Assembly (NCBI GenBank): GCA_965644265.1
Contig: OZ286460.1
Coordinates: 89,404,001 to 89,468,000, forward strand
Direction of reading: 5' to 3'
DNA length: 64,000 nt
From: Glycera tridactyla
Lineage: Eukaryota
Shown: in pieces, positions 1-10,944 of the stretch
Layout: each line of letters starts with the position of its first letter
Numbering within the stretch: the stretch's first letter is position 1
Notes under the pieces: model-generated
What the model was told of the DNA's origin: nothing
Seen by the model: the letters and a program-made list of their open reading frames with translations, nothing else
Databases searched by the model: none
Position numbers and translations under genes: made by a program

Positions 1-1612
1 TCACTATCCGTATCGCTTCTCATCCAGTATGTTTTCATTCACTATCCGTATCGCTTCTCATCCTGTATGTTTTCATTCACTATTCGTATCGCTTCTCATC
101 CTGTATGTTTTCATTCACTATACGTATCGCTTCTCATCCAGTATGTTTTCATTCACTATTCGTATCGCTTCTCATCCTGTATGTTTTCATTCAATATCCG
201 TATCGCTTCTCATCCTGTATGTTTTCATTCACTATCCGTATCGCTTCTCATCCTGTATGTTTTCATTCACTATCCGTATTGCTTCTCATCCTGTATGTTT
301 TCATTCACTATTCGTATCGCTTCTCATCCTGTATGTTTTCATTCACTATACGTATCGCTTCTCATCCAGTATGTTTTCATTCACTATTCGTATCGCTTCT
401 CATCCTGTATGTTTTCATTCACTATTCGTATCGCTTCTCATCCTGTATGTTTTCATTCACTATTCGTATCGCTTCTCATCCTGTATGTTTTCATTCAATA
501 TCCGTATCGCTTCTCATCCTGTATGCTTTCATTCACTGTTCTTATCGCTTCTCATCCTGTATGTTTTCATTCACTATCCGTATCGCTTCTCATCCTGTAT
601 GTTTTCATTCACTATTCGTATCGCTTCTCATCCAGTATGTTTTCATTCACTATCCGTATTGCTTCTCATCCTGTATGTTTTCATTCACTATTCGTATCGC
701 TTCTCATCCTGTATGTTTTCATTCACTATTCGTATCGCTTCTCATCCAGTATGTTTTCATTCACTATCCGTATCGCTTCTCATCCAGTATGTTTTCATTC
801 ACTATTCGTATCGCTTCTCATCCTGTATGTTTTCATTCACTATCCATATCGCTTCTCATCCTGTATGTTTTCATTCACTATTCGTATCGCTTCTCATCCA
901 GTATGTTTTCATTCACTATTCGTATCGCTTCTCATCCTGTATGTTTTCATTCACTATTCCTATCGCTTCTCATCCTGTATGTTTTCATTCACTATTCGTA
1001 TCGCTTCTCATCCTGTATGTTTTCATTCACTATTCGTATCGCTTCTCATCCTGTATGTTTTCATTCACTATTCCTATCGCTTCTCATCTTGTATGTTTTC
1101 ATTCACTATTCGTATCGCTCCTCATCCTGTATGTTTTCATTCACTATTCGTATCGCTTCTCATCCTGTATGTTTTCATTCACTATTCTTATCACTTCTCA
1201 TCCTGTATGTTTTCATTCACTATTCGTATCGCTTCTCATCCTGTATGTTTTCATTCACTATTCCTATTGCTTCTCATCCTGTATGTTTTCATTCACTATT
1301 CTTATCACTTCTCATCCTGTATGTTTTCATTCACTATTCGTATCGCTTCTCATCCAGTATGTTTTCATTCACTATCCGTATCGCTTCTCATCCTGTATGT
1401 TTTCATTCACTATTCGTATCGCTTCTCATCCTGTATGTTTTCATTCACTATTTGTATCGCTTCTCATCCTGTATGTTTTCATTCACTATTCGTATCGCTT
1501 CTCATCCTGTATGTTATCATTCACTATTCGTATCGCTTCTCATCCTGTATGTTATCATTCACTATCCGTATCGCTTCTCATCCTGTATGTTTTCATTCAC
1601 TATCCGTATCCT
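1..1612. repeat. 38-bp tandem minisatellite (about 42 units, truncated by window start), in a SMOC intron
   Basis: Unit TCACTATCCGTATCGCTTCTCATCCTGTATGTTTTCAT repeats head-to-tail with point variants. Consensus lacks stop codons on +, which explains the three overlapping 500-aa ORFs. Confidence 0.97.
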
Positions 1613-1806
1613 TCTCATCATATTGAAGAAATGAAATCAGCTTCAAGCTAATAGAAATCATACCAGACTTATGAAGTCCTACATATCAAGCATTTTGAAG
1701 TCGATAATGATTGAATATATGTCTTCTTATGCACAACTACAAGTAATATTTGGCCGAGTTCGCAGATGTGCAATGTTATCTCGGGACATGGTTATTGTTG
1801 TTCCAG

Positions 1807-1903
1807 GATGCCCTTATTCTAAAAAGAAGAAATTTCTGGTGGGTTTACTGGACGAGATGACTACAGAAATGATGGAGTTTGCCAGCAATACGTCGAATAC
1901 AAG
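1807..1903 (+). CDS. SMOC: SMOC internal exon (start of extracellular calcium-binding domain)
   Basis: ttccag acceptor and AG|gtactg donor. Encodes GCPYSKKKKFLVGLLDEMTTEMMEFASNTSNTR, matching the recalled SMOC motif GCPxxKKxEFLxxLLDAxxxDM. Phase 1 in, phase 2 out, fits the next exon. Confidence 0.88.
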
Positions 1904-2971
1904 GTACTGTTACACCCATCATCTTCATCTCCATAATCTTCATCTGTATGATATGAATCCTTAGAATGATGCCTGTGGAGGACAGAACAACCAGCTCAAA
2001 GATCAGTAACACACGGCATATATAGTCTTTTGGGTTGACACATGCCGTTAATACCTAACCAATGAATCAATCTTTTGTTGTATTCAATCGTATCAAATTG
2101 GGTCACTCTATCCTCCCAAATATTCAATGAGCATTTCAATGGATTCAGATTTCCGACTCATCAGAAGAATGTGATATCGCTACCGCAATGATCTGACACT
2201 CATGAAAACGCGTAATTCGACAGCTTGAACATGTATCTTCTTGTAATTTATATGTAGTTGAGTATAAGTGAGTACTTTGTATTTTGGGTTGTATTTTATG
2301 TTATCTGTATACCTGGATGCTATAGAAATTAGTTGTGTGGCTATTCATTAATGAAGATTATGCTCATGAAGAGAGGATTATTATCATCATGAAGCAAAGT
2401 GCCGAGCCGTTTTTCTAAGTATTCGTGGAACAAGGAGGATAAAGATACCTTGAATTGCATGTAGATTTCCAGCCACAACAACCTCATTATCTCTTATAGG
2501 GATCAGCCAGACATCATAATTCTATTTCCNNNNNNNNNNNNNNNNNNNNNNNNNNNNNNNNNNNNNNNNNNNNNNNNNNNNNNNNNNNNNNNNNNNNNNN
2601 NNNNNNNNNNNNNNNNNNNNNNNNNNNNNNNNNNNNNNNNNNNNNNNNNNNNNNNNNNNNNNNNNNNNNNNNNNNNNNNNNNNNNNNNNNNNNNNNNNNN
2701 NNNNNNNNNNNNNNNNNNNNNNNNNNNNNNNNNNNNNNNNNNNNNNNNNNNNNNNNNNNNNNNNNNNNNNNNNNNNNNNNNNNNNNNNNNNNNNNNNNNN
2801 NNNNNNNNNNNNNNNNNNNNNNNNNNNNNNGTCGTCGTCATCGTCAACGTCGTCGTCGTCTTCTTTGTCGTCATTCCTCTGATAGGTCACAAGAAATCTG
2901 AAATATCTGAAGGTGAAGACATGTATTTGCTCTCCGGTGTCATCTCATTTGTACGATTCTGTACTCTATAG

Positions 2972-3059
2972 ACAGATGCCTGAACCGAATCCGAATCACA
3001 CCATGGAAGAAGAGGTAGTGCGATGGAAGCTCTGGCATCTTGACCTGAATAATAATGGC
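2972..3059 (+). CDS. SMOC: SMOC internal exon (first EF-hand)
   Basis: tatag acceptor and GGC|gtacgt donor. Encodes QMPEPNPNHTMEEEVVRWKLWHLDLNNNG, similar to SMOC PDPxHTLEERVVHWYFxxLDxN. Phases join correctly on both sides. Confidence 0.9.
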
Positions 3060-3422
3060 GTACGTATCATCGAATTCACTATCCATATAGGGTCTGCATG
3101 CATTTGTCTATGGTTCTTACTCAGGTATCGAAATAAGGCAAAATCAAGTGGAACGTTCTCCCTGAAATCTGATTGGACAGAATACAATACGTACAAATAT
3201 CAGGTACTCAGCCACGGATATTTTATAGAACAGTCAGCACCTTTGATTATTTTCTCGAAAACTGGCCCTCTACTGACACCTTGCTGTGTGACCATCAAAA
3301 CTTTATCAAGGTATGTTTCCTTCTTTGGTAGGCTATTCGAACCCCATACTATCAACATGTTGATCCCAACACATGTTATTCAGATTGAATTTTGATGATT
3401 CGGTATTCTTTGTGTGTTTTAG

Positions 3423-3588
3423 GTGCTGGAAAAGCGCGAGTGGAACTCGTTTAAGCAGCTAGTGAAAACTGAAGACACGCTAAGGGGGCATTTACGGAAA
3501 TGTAGCCGAAATTTTATCAGATTCTGCGACGCAAACGAGGATAAATCTATAGACATGGAGGAATGGTTAGAGTGTATGGGAATCAATG
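3423..3588 (+). CDS. SMOC: SMOC internal exon (second EF-hand)
   Basis: ttttag acceptor and G|gttagt donor. Encodes VLEKREWNSFKQLVKTEDTLRGHLRKCSRNFIRFCDANEDKSIDMEEWLECMGIN, with the SPARC EC-domain C-x7-CDxNxDxxI-x3-W-x2-C signature. Too short for the supplied ORF track. Confidence 0.93.
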
Positions 3589-4429
3589 GTTAGTAGAAAT
3601 ACTGGGCTTATCATAATGCACAATGCTTATTGATGTAGACAATATCATCCGAGAGTCTCGAGTTTGAATAGGCCTGCCAATGAATATAATTGTAGGGAGT
3701 CGGGTGAACGTATTAAGGAAACCAGACTGTAAATCACTACATTCTTGTGTTCGGGTTTTGTGAGAGTGATGGCCACAAGGGGTCTCTGTATTTCGTAGAC
3801 CAGGAACACATGGCGTGCATAATCATTCTGGTCGATTACTCATTAAAAATTACACCAACAACCAGACGGCTGAATTATTGTGTCCATGAACACGATGGTT
3901 CCAACGATGGCATATATGATTGGCTGGAAGCTAACACTCAAGCCTGATAGCAATACTTCCATTTGGAGCCGGTCACATTGCTTTGAATGAGATCATTCAT
4001 ACGAATAAGTCCATGGTCTTTCTATAGACCGGTCATCTCTCTGTGAAAATTTAATGAGCTATTAGCTGCCAAGAAACCTGTGAGGCAGCGCCGCCGCTGT
4101 CCCCTCGGCCACCACTACCACCATCACTACCAACCACCATTATGATGCAATAGTGATCATTACATATAATTTACTACTACCTCTTTTATCATCATTATTA
4201 TCGATGTCATCATCGCTATCATTATTTNNNNNNNNNNNNNNNNNNNNNNNNNNNNNNNNNNNNNNNNNNNNNNNNNNNNNNNNNNNNNNNNNNNNNNNNN
4301 NNNNNNNNNNNNNNNNNNNNNNNNNNNNNNNNNNNNNNNNNNNNNNNNNNNNNNNNNNNNNNNNNNNNNNNNNNNNNNNNNNNNNNNNNNNNCTGCCACA
4401 CTATCATTGTTGTGATTATTATGTTGCAG

Positions 4430-4509
4430 AACAAAAACAACGAGGTAATCTCCCAGATAATCCTAAGCGGAAGGGGCCGAATCCATTCAGCAAATATCTG
4501 CGAAGTTAG
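4430..4509 (+). CDS. SMOC: SMOC terminal coding exon
   Basis: ttgcag acceptor, phase 1. Encodes EQKQRGNLPDNPKRKGPNPFSKYLRS-stop. The KRxGPNP tail resembles invertebrate SMOC/Pentagone C-termini (recalled). Confidence 0.85.
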
Positions 4510-4714
4510 CCCACAAGCCAGCGTCACCTGTGAGACGAATGACGGCGTGCTTACGCTCTCGTTTGATCAGACAATGCTATTGAATTATGAGATCGCACCA
4601 AGTAGGCTGAAGGAAGTGAGGACCCATACGATTCTTGTTTCGTGACAAATAATGAGAATTCTGAACAAAAAAGACTTTCTTCTTGTCTAGCTGGCACCTT
4701 GCTCACCTGATTTG

Positions 4715-5729
4715 TGACGTCACGGAATGTTGTGCCATTTGTACAGATTGACAGCCGTCGACGTCGTGATCGCTAATGACGTAGGCTCCGAATCGGAGCG
4801 ACGCACTGACGTCATCAGATCGAACTTGGACATCAGCGCAAAGTAGCCTGATATCGTTTAATATCTCATGGACGTCAGAGCAACGTCTCGATCTCATGGT
4901 GACGACACAGTCTCGTGTAGTGTGAAAGCGTTATGTCGGATTGGTGATGGCTGAATCATGTGACTGACTGGTTGTAGATATTTGCGAAGATAATGATGTT
5001 TGGATGGTGAATTGTGATGTAACTACGAAATGGGCCACTTTCACAATGAGCACGAGTCTTTCTGACAGTTTGAATGACGTCACCCAGAATACGTCATCGA
5101 AACGTGTGGTCAACAGTTCATTGTACCCGTCCCCTGATTGGCGCCTTTTCGGGTACTGCTTCTAACGATCAACGTGGTGATTATTTCCCAAAAACAGCTA
5201 GTGTTCATTCAAATATCCGATCATCCAGTGCTATGTGGACACGTGAGACTGTGTGTGTGCGTGTGACGTAGCCTTGGGAATGTTTCCACACTCGTTCTGA
5301 CTGTTAGAAATCGTGAGTCACTAGACGCCTCCAGTCTATACACAGCTAACAGCGACATCTGTTGTTGGTTACCGCACACGAGAAAACGCAACCCTCTCAT
5401 CGGTTTTTCTCTAGCACCAAAGTCAACCACAAGAGTGCGCTGCAACATAGTTGCATATTATTTACCGCAGACGGAGGATCAATCTGAAACCTTTCATCGC
5501 AGTTGAGGCGTATCCAGATCTGATCATATGCAGGATCGTGTCTTTATGGTCAGTCAAAGCCCCCTGCGACGAGTGGTGATTTGTTTTTGGTATAAAGATC
5601 ATAATTTGTGAATTATCCGGATTGACAATGCATTTGCCAAAATGACCTCAGGAGGTTGGGGGAGGGGTTGTCTCCCAAGATGGTTGATCAACTCGATATC
5701 CCGTGTGCAAGTTGACCATTATGACGTCA
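4715..5729. promoter_or_regulatory. Cluster of CRE palindromes and an AP-1 site downstream of the SMOC stop
   Basis: Perfect TGACGTCA at 4715, 4807, 5075 and 5722, several TGACGT/ACGTCA half-sites, and TGAGTCA near 5313. Function not shown. Confidence 0.4.
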
Positions 5730-6912
5730 TCAATATATCAATATCGCTGTGACATCATATAGTATGAATTCAGCACAGTGCTCTTTGTGAAACTGGGCCG
5801 ACATATTTATATAAGAGTATTATAGAGTGAGGACTGATGTAAGTATAACGAATGTTGTTAATAATCTTATAAATAGCTATGTTATATTATCTACCCATCT
5901 TGCATATTATGTCATGAGAAATGTTGTGTATACATGATTATTAGATAGTACCCTCCGTGTAAGGTGGTATCGGTTTATCAAACCGTCCAATTCATTGTTT
6001 TCTCCACATATATAGCTTCTCTAGGTATTCTATTATCACTGCTGTTAACTAAGAAAAAAAAGCTGACATAGACCTGTATGAGGTTTTCTGTGCATCGCGT
6101 GAAGGTCTCATAAGACACGCCTAAATTCAGATTGGACATTGTAATTCAACCCTTTTTCCGCCCAGGTAACAAATTACAAATTCATTTGTGATTTACTTTC
6201 ATTTGCACATGCATGCACAGACAGGCATAGTCAGACCGACAGGCAGACAGACAGACCAACAGACGGCCGGTCTCCGGTCATGCAGACAGGCCATCCACAC
6301 ACACATTGCAGAAACACAACATGTCCCATATTGATTCATCAAGTGTGATTCTCAAACAAGATGTTAAATAGAAAAAGCTGTAGGAATGCTCATAAGTGAA
6401 GACATATGAGACTGGGTTTGATGAACAAGAGGTATCCCGAGGAGAGGCATGGGAGCTCGATCTCATGTACCTGGCTGGTTCAGCTGATCTTCAGTGATTC
6501 CGCGTGATATCTATTCACTCACCGATCTTACTGAGGAAGGTCCTCCTAATTAGCAAACAACTGAGAACAAACATCACCAGTGATCTTTCTGAATCATAGA
6601 ATGGTCCCTGATACGTTGGAAGAACATCACCTTTGGGATGTGCGCTTCCCGGAAAAAGAATGGTCTGTAAACTAGTGTTCATAAGGAAGTCTGCAACCGC
6701 AGCAGTAATTGATCCCAGACGTACCTCGGAGGAAGGGAGCAAACGGTCAGAAAGATTGTGGTGCGGAGTGCTCTCCATAAAATACTCGAGGTTAATGAAA
6801 CAAATCTGGGTCGCCACCATTATATATGATACACCACTTGTGAGTCTGCCGAAACTTATATCATCATGTTAAGCTGAATAAGTCATCACCAATCTCATCG
6901 AAGTATTTAATC

Positions 6913-7883
6913 TTTTTATACCCCGCTCTTGAAAAAGCGGGGTATTATAGTTTCACCTCCGGCGTCCGTACATACGTACATACGTACGCACGTACATCCG
7001 TCCATCCGTCCGCTCGCATTTCATGCAATGACTTTGAATTGGCTGGTCCAATTTTCATGAAACTTGATAACTGTAATCTATGTAAAACTCGTATTGAGAA
7101 TTTGATTTTTGTACCTGAAAGTCAAAGGTCAAGGTCACAGGAGCTATTTATGAATTCTCTATTTTACACTCTAACTCAAGCTAGCCTCTATGGATATGCA
7201 CCAAACTCACACAAGTTAATGACACAATGGTGGGCCACCTCCCTTTTGATGCATGTGACCCTAGTTCAAAGGTCAAGGTCACAGGAGCTATTTATAGATT
7301 TTCTTATTTTACACTCTAACTCAAGCTAGTCTCTATGGATATGCACCAAACTTACCCAAAGTAAGCACCCATTGGTGGGCTACCTCCCTTTCGATGCATG
7401 TGACCCTAGGTCAAAGGTCAAGGTCACAGGAGCTATTTATAGATTTTCTCATTTTACACTCCTGCTCAGGCTTGCATTGATCGATATGCACCAAACATAC
7501 ACTAAGTAATGACCTTCTTTCGATACATGTGACCCTAGGTCAAATGTCAAGGTCACTGGAGCTATTTTCAATATCCGGATTTCACATGATAACCTGGGCT
7601 AGCATTGTTGGTTGAAGATCAAACTGATCTGGGATGATCCAGCAATGTTGCAAAGTCTCTTTTTCAATGCATGTGACCCTAAGTCATAGGTCAAGGTGGA
7701 GGGTACAGGTGCTACTGTTAGATTTTCACATTCTACACAGTGACCCAGTGACTCATTACATAGCCAACCAAACATCTCACTGAACTTATCCGATATGGGT
7801 AACCCACTGTTCTCCGGTGTACGATATGGGTGACCCACTTTGCTACCATGTGCGGGGTATCTTGCCTCTCTGTGGCCTTGTTT
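6913..7883 (+). mobile_element. Non-autonomous Helentron-associated element (HINE; CvA/pearl/DINE-1-like architecture), copy 1
   Basis: T-rich insertion site, 5' hairpin ATACCCCGCTCTTGAAAAAGCGGGGTAT, (GTAC/GTCC)n microsatellite, tandem cores with AAAGGTCAAGGTCACAGG, 3' subTIR GCGGGGTAT and terminal GGCCTTGTT. A second copy is at 48718. Confidence 0.8.
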
Positions 7884-9614
7884 GCAGTTTTATATGAGAA
7901 ATCACTTGTAAGTCTGCCGATATCATTATGTTAGGCTAAATGAGCCACACCAATAACATCGAATTCCTCCATAGTATTTGACCTTTTTCTGCAATTATAA
8001 ATGAGAAATCACTTGTAAGTCTGCCAAAACTCCATCCAAAATAGGATTCTGAAGAAACTTCTTGGCGAGACATAGAATGAAGGAGTGTCTGAACCGACAA
8101 CTAGTTCCAGATGAAAACCTTCCAGGTGTTTCCTGATTTTGTGTTCAGAGTTAGTGTGAGTGATATCTGCGGGGACAGATTATCAAGTTTTCCTAGAGGA
8201 GAAACACCCGCATGATGCTTGGCAAGCAATATCAATGGAATCACAAGGATTCAGTGCTTTTATGTAATTGTATCAATGGATTCATATAATTATATGGATA
8301 TTCCTCTGTCTGACAATCTCGGCCCTGGCGGTTATTTGACTAAGATATGATGACATCTTGATCTAGATAGCAGCTGTTGCAATCATCATCACCGTGTGCC
8401 AAACTCAAGGGACGAAATGTATCAAGGTGATTAAGAATTCAATCGAATTCGAGGATGGATTCCATGTGATAATGGATTAATGACATGTGGGGTAAACGAA
8501 AAGGATTATGGATGACATGGATCTTTATGGAGCTTGCCCGTAGATAATATGTGCATCTCATGGTGAATGACCATTGTATGAATTATAGTTATGTTATCAA
8601 GGTGGTGAATCGTGGATGATATTTTTTTCTGTACCCATAAACAATTCGGATACATGAAAAAGAGAACTTCGCCCTACTCTAATGACCAGCACCTATTGAT
8701 GGTGTAATTGCCACTGAGTGTACCATACAGATAGTCATTAACCTCCTCCCAGTGAGATGCCTATTGGTTACAACGACACCTGGTGGCGACTAGCGGAAGT
8801 GATAGTTCCTCTTCATTTGCTTGATGGCTGCTAGTAAAATAATCACAATCAATCACATAGAGATCGGCATAGTCTGAGGTGGATTACACTGGTGAAATAT
8901 TTTGGAACTGAATTCTGTTATCCATTATAGCCTACTGCCATCCCCTCCTCCAGCCCAACTGCGATTGAGGTGTCATTCAGCATTCACTCGCGTTTTATGA
9001 AAGTGACTGACCAGTGAAAGTGAAAATGGTCAGACTATACTCTCAGGCATCACACGCGTACTCTTACACTGGTATCTCAGAATCCTGGGAGTATTTTGTG
9101 GGTGGACAACATTCATGGTAGTGGAATGGTTCCATCACCGGAGGTATCGTTGGGCGTACTCACAACAATGAAATTCTGAATGAAATGACTGACTAATGAA
9201 AGTGGAGAAAATCGTCAGGCAATACTCCCTGACTGTGATACATCACCCACACTTTGAATATCGTAAAAAGTCATCTCTTTGAGTTGCCGCTGAACACTAG
9301 AGCTGTCAGGTAGTACGACAATATATTCAGTAGGGCAATACATCACCATAGGAGGGGTACTAGTCTGAAGCATCAGCCTGATCCGGCTGACATATAGGCA
9401 AGCAGGTGATCTGGATCCTTTGATTAGGCATCTTTCATACTACAGAATGCAACTGTTTGTTCCTTCAATACCGCTTTGTAAATGTCCAATAAACCATGCC
9501 CATGGATCGATGAAGTGTCTTTTGAAGTTTTTTGTCAATCCAAATTCTTCGCACACACGAGTGACATATATTTCGTACATGTTCCATCTTCATCCATCTG
9601 CATCATGGTATACG

Positions 9615-9697
9615 TCACCATCACCATCACCACCACCACCATCACCACCATCACCATAACCATCACCATAACCACCACCACTACAACCTCCAACATA

Positions 9698-9756
<59 letters not shown>

Positions 9757-9815
9757 CTGCGGCGGCGGCAACAGCGGCATCAACAACAACGTTATCATCA
9801 TCATCATCGTCGCCG
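9615..9815. repeat. Compound trinucleotide microsatellite (CAC/CAT)n-(CAG)n-(CGG)n-(CAA)n
   Basis: Directly visible. No splice sites or non-repetitive coding flanks. Confidence 0.9.
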
Positions 9816-10601
9816 TCTTCATCAAAACCATGCCACTGTCTTTATTGTCATTTTGAAGTTTTCGCTGTTGGTGGTGGTAGTCGTGATGGTGATGGTGCTA
9901 CTATTGTTCCAATGTCTCCGCTCTTTTCCTGATACTCTCATCGTTGCTACCGTTGCTATTATATCTGGACGAGTATGGGAATACATGCGAACATATAGAG
10001 AATCGGTCCAAAAAAAAATACTAAGGGCAAAACATAGTCACCCGACATGTCTAGCTGGAGCTTAATAAAGTCTTTTCATTGTCATTGTCAAGATTCCATA
10101 TATCAAATAGGGTGAATGAATGACAATACATAAATAGGCAAAGAGATAAAGACTCCTGACTTTTTTAATGTCCTTGCGACCGAAAGAGCGTTGACTTGAG
10201 CGCTGTTTTTTTTTTGACACATTTCATGCTAGCCTTTCAGCATCCGGGGAAGACCAGAGCACGAGAAAGTATGATAAGGCGATCCTGGTGGTGGAACATT
10301 TATTCAGCATTTGATATGTTTGAGTACAATCACACTCACTTATATGAAAGCAGGATAACTTGATTCACGCATGAAGTACATTCAAACTGTAAAAGCCTAG
10401 AAGTACAAATAAATTGAATAATGCTCCATCTTATGAAATCACATCATGCAGTCAGTTTACGTAGTCATACATATATGCTGTCTGTCTGTTTGTATGTTTG
10501 TCTGTCTGTCCGATGCTTGTTTATCTGTATGTTTGTCTTTCGGTTTGCCCGTCTGTCTTTCTCTCCCTCTCTGCTCTCAGACACACACGTGTGCGCACGC
10601 A

Positions 10602-10603
<2 letters not shown>

Positions 10604-10687
<84 letters not shown>
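10604..10687. repeat. (CA)n microsatellite
   Basis: Directly visible. Confidence 0.97.
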
Positions 10688-10691
<4 letters not shown>

Positions 10692-10944
10692 ATACACTGC
10701 ATCACCCATATCTTATATCACAGTCATTTGCAAGTCTTTAACATCTTCGGTATAAACAATGTTTGTCTCAGCTTCATCAAGTATCTTCACAGAGGCTCCG
10801 ACAAAATTGATATAGAAGACACAGAAGGGATATGTTTGGTTTCTATATGAAATAAGAAGTGCCGTGCCGGTAGAGGACGAGCTATCGAGAAAAATACCAT
10901 CAGTGTCTGACCGGAACACTTTGTCATAAACCAAACATTCAGAG

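Noticed and set aside
29-1651. Three overlapping 509-540 aa ORFs
   Set aside because: They come from a 38-bp repeat whose consensus has no plus-strand stop. All three frames give the same permuted peptide, and the array lies in a SMOC intron.
2913-3395. 160-aa ORF as a single-exon gene
   Set aside because: Only 2972-3059 is exonic (SMOC). The rest is intron read-through.
6515-6820. Minus-strand 101-aa ORF ending at a good donor (CG|gtgagt near 6520)
   Set aside because: No recognisable domain, no phase-compatible partner exon, and it lies downstream of the death-domain stop codon.
9420-10065. Poly-T/I/S and poly-V/M/L ORFs
   Set aside because: Translations of a compound trinucleotide microsatellite.
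10421-10850. His-Thr and Val-Cys repeat ORFs (also at 23914-24387, 31651-31935 and 34540-35118)
   Set aside because: Translations of (CA)n, (GA)n and (AGGGT)n microsatellites.
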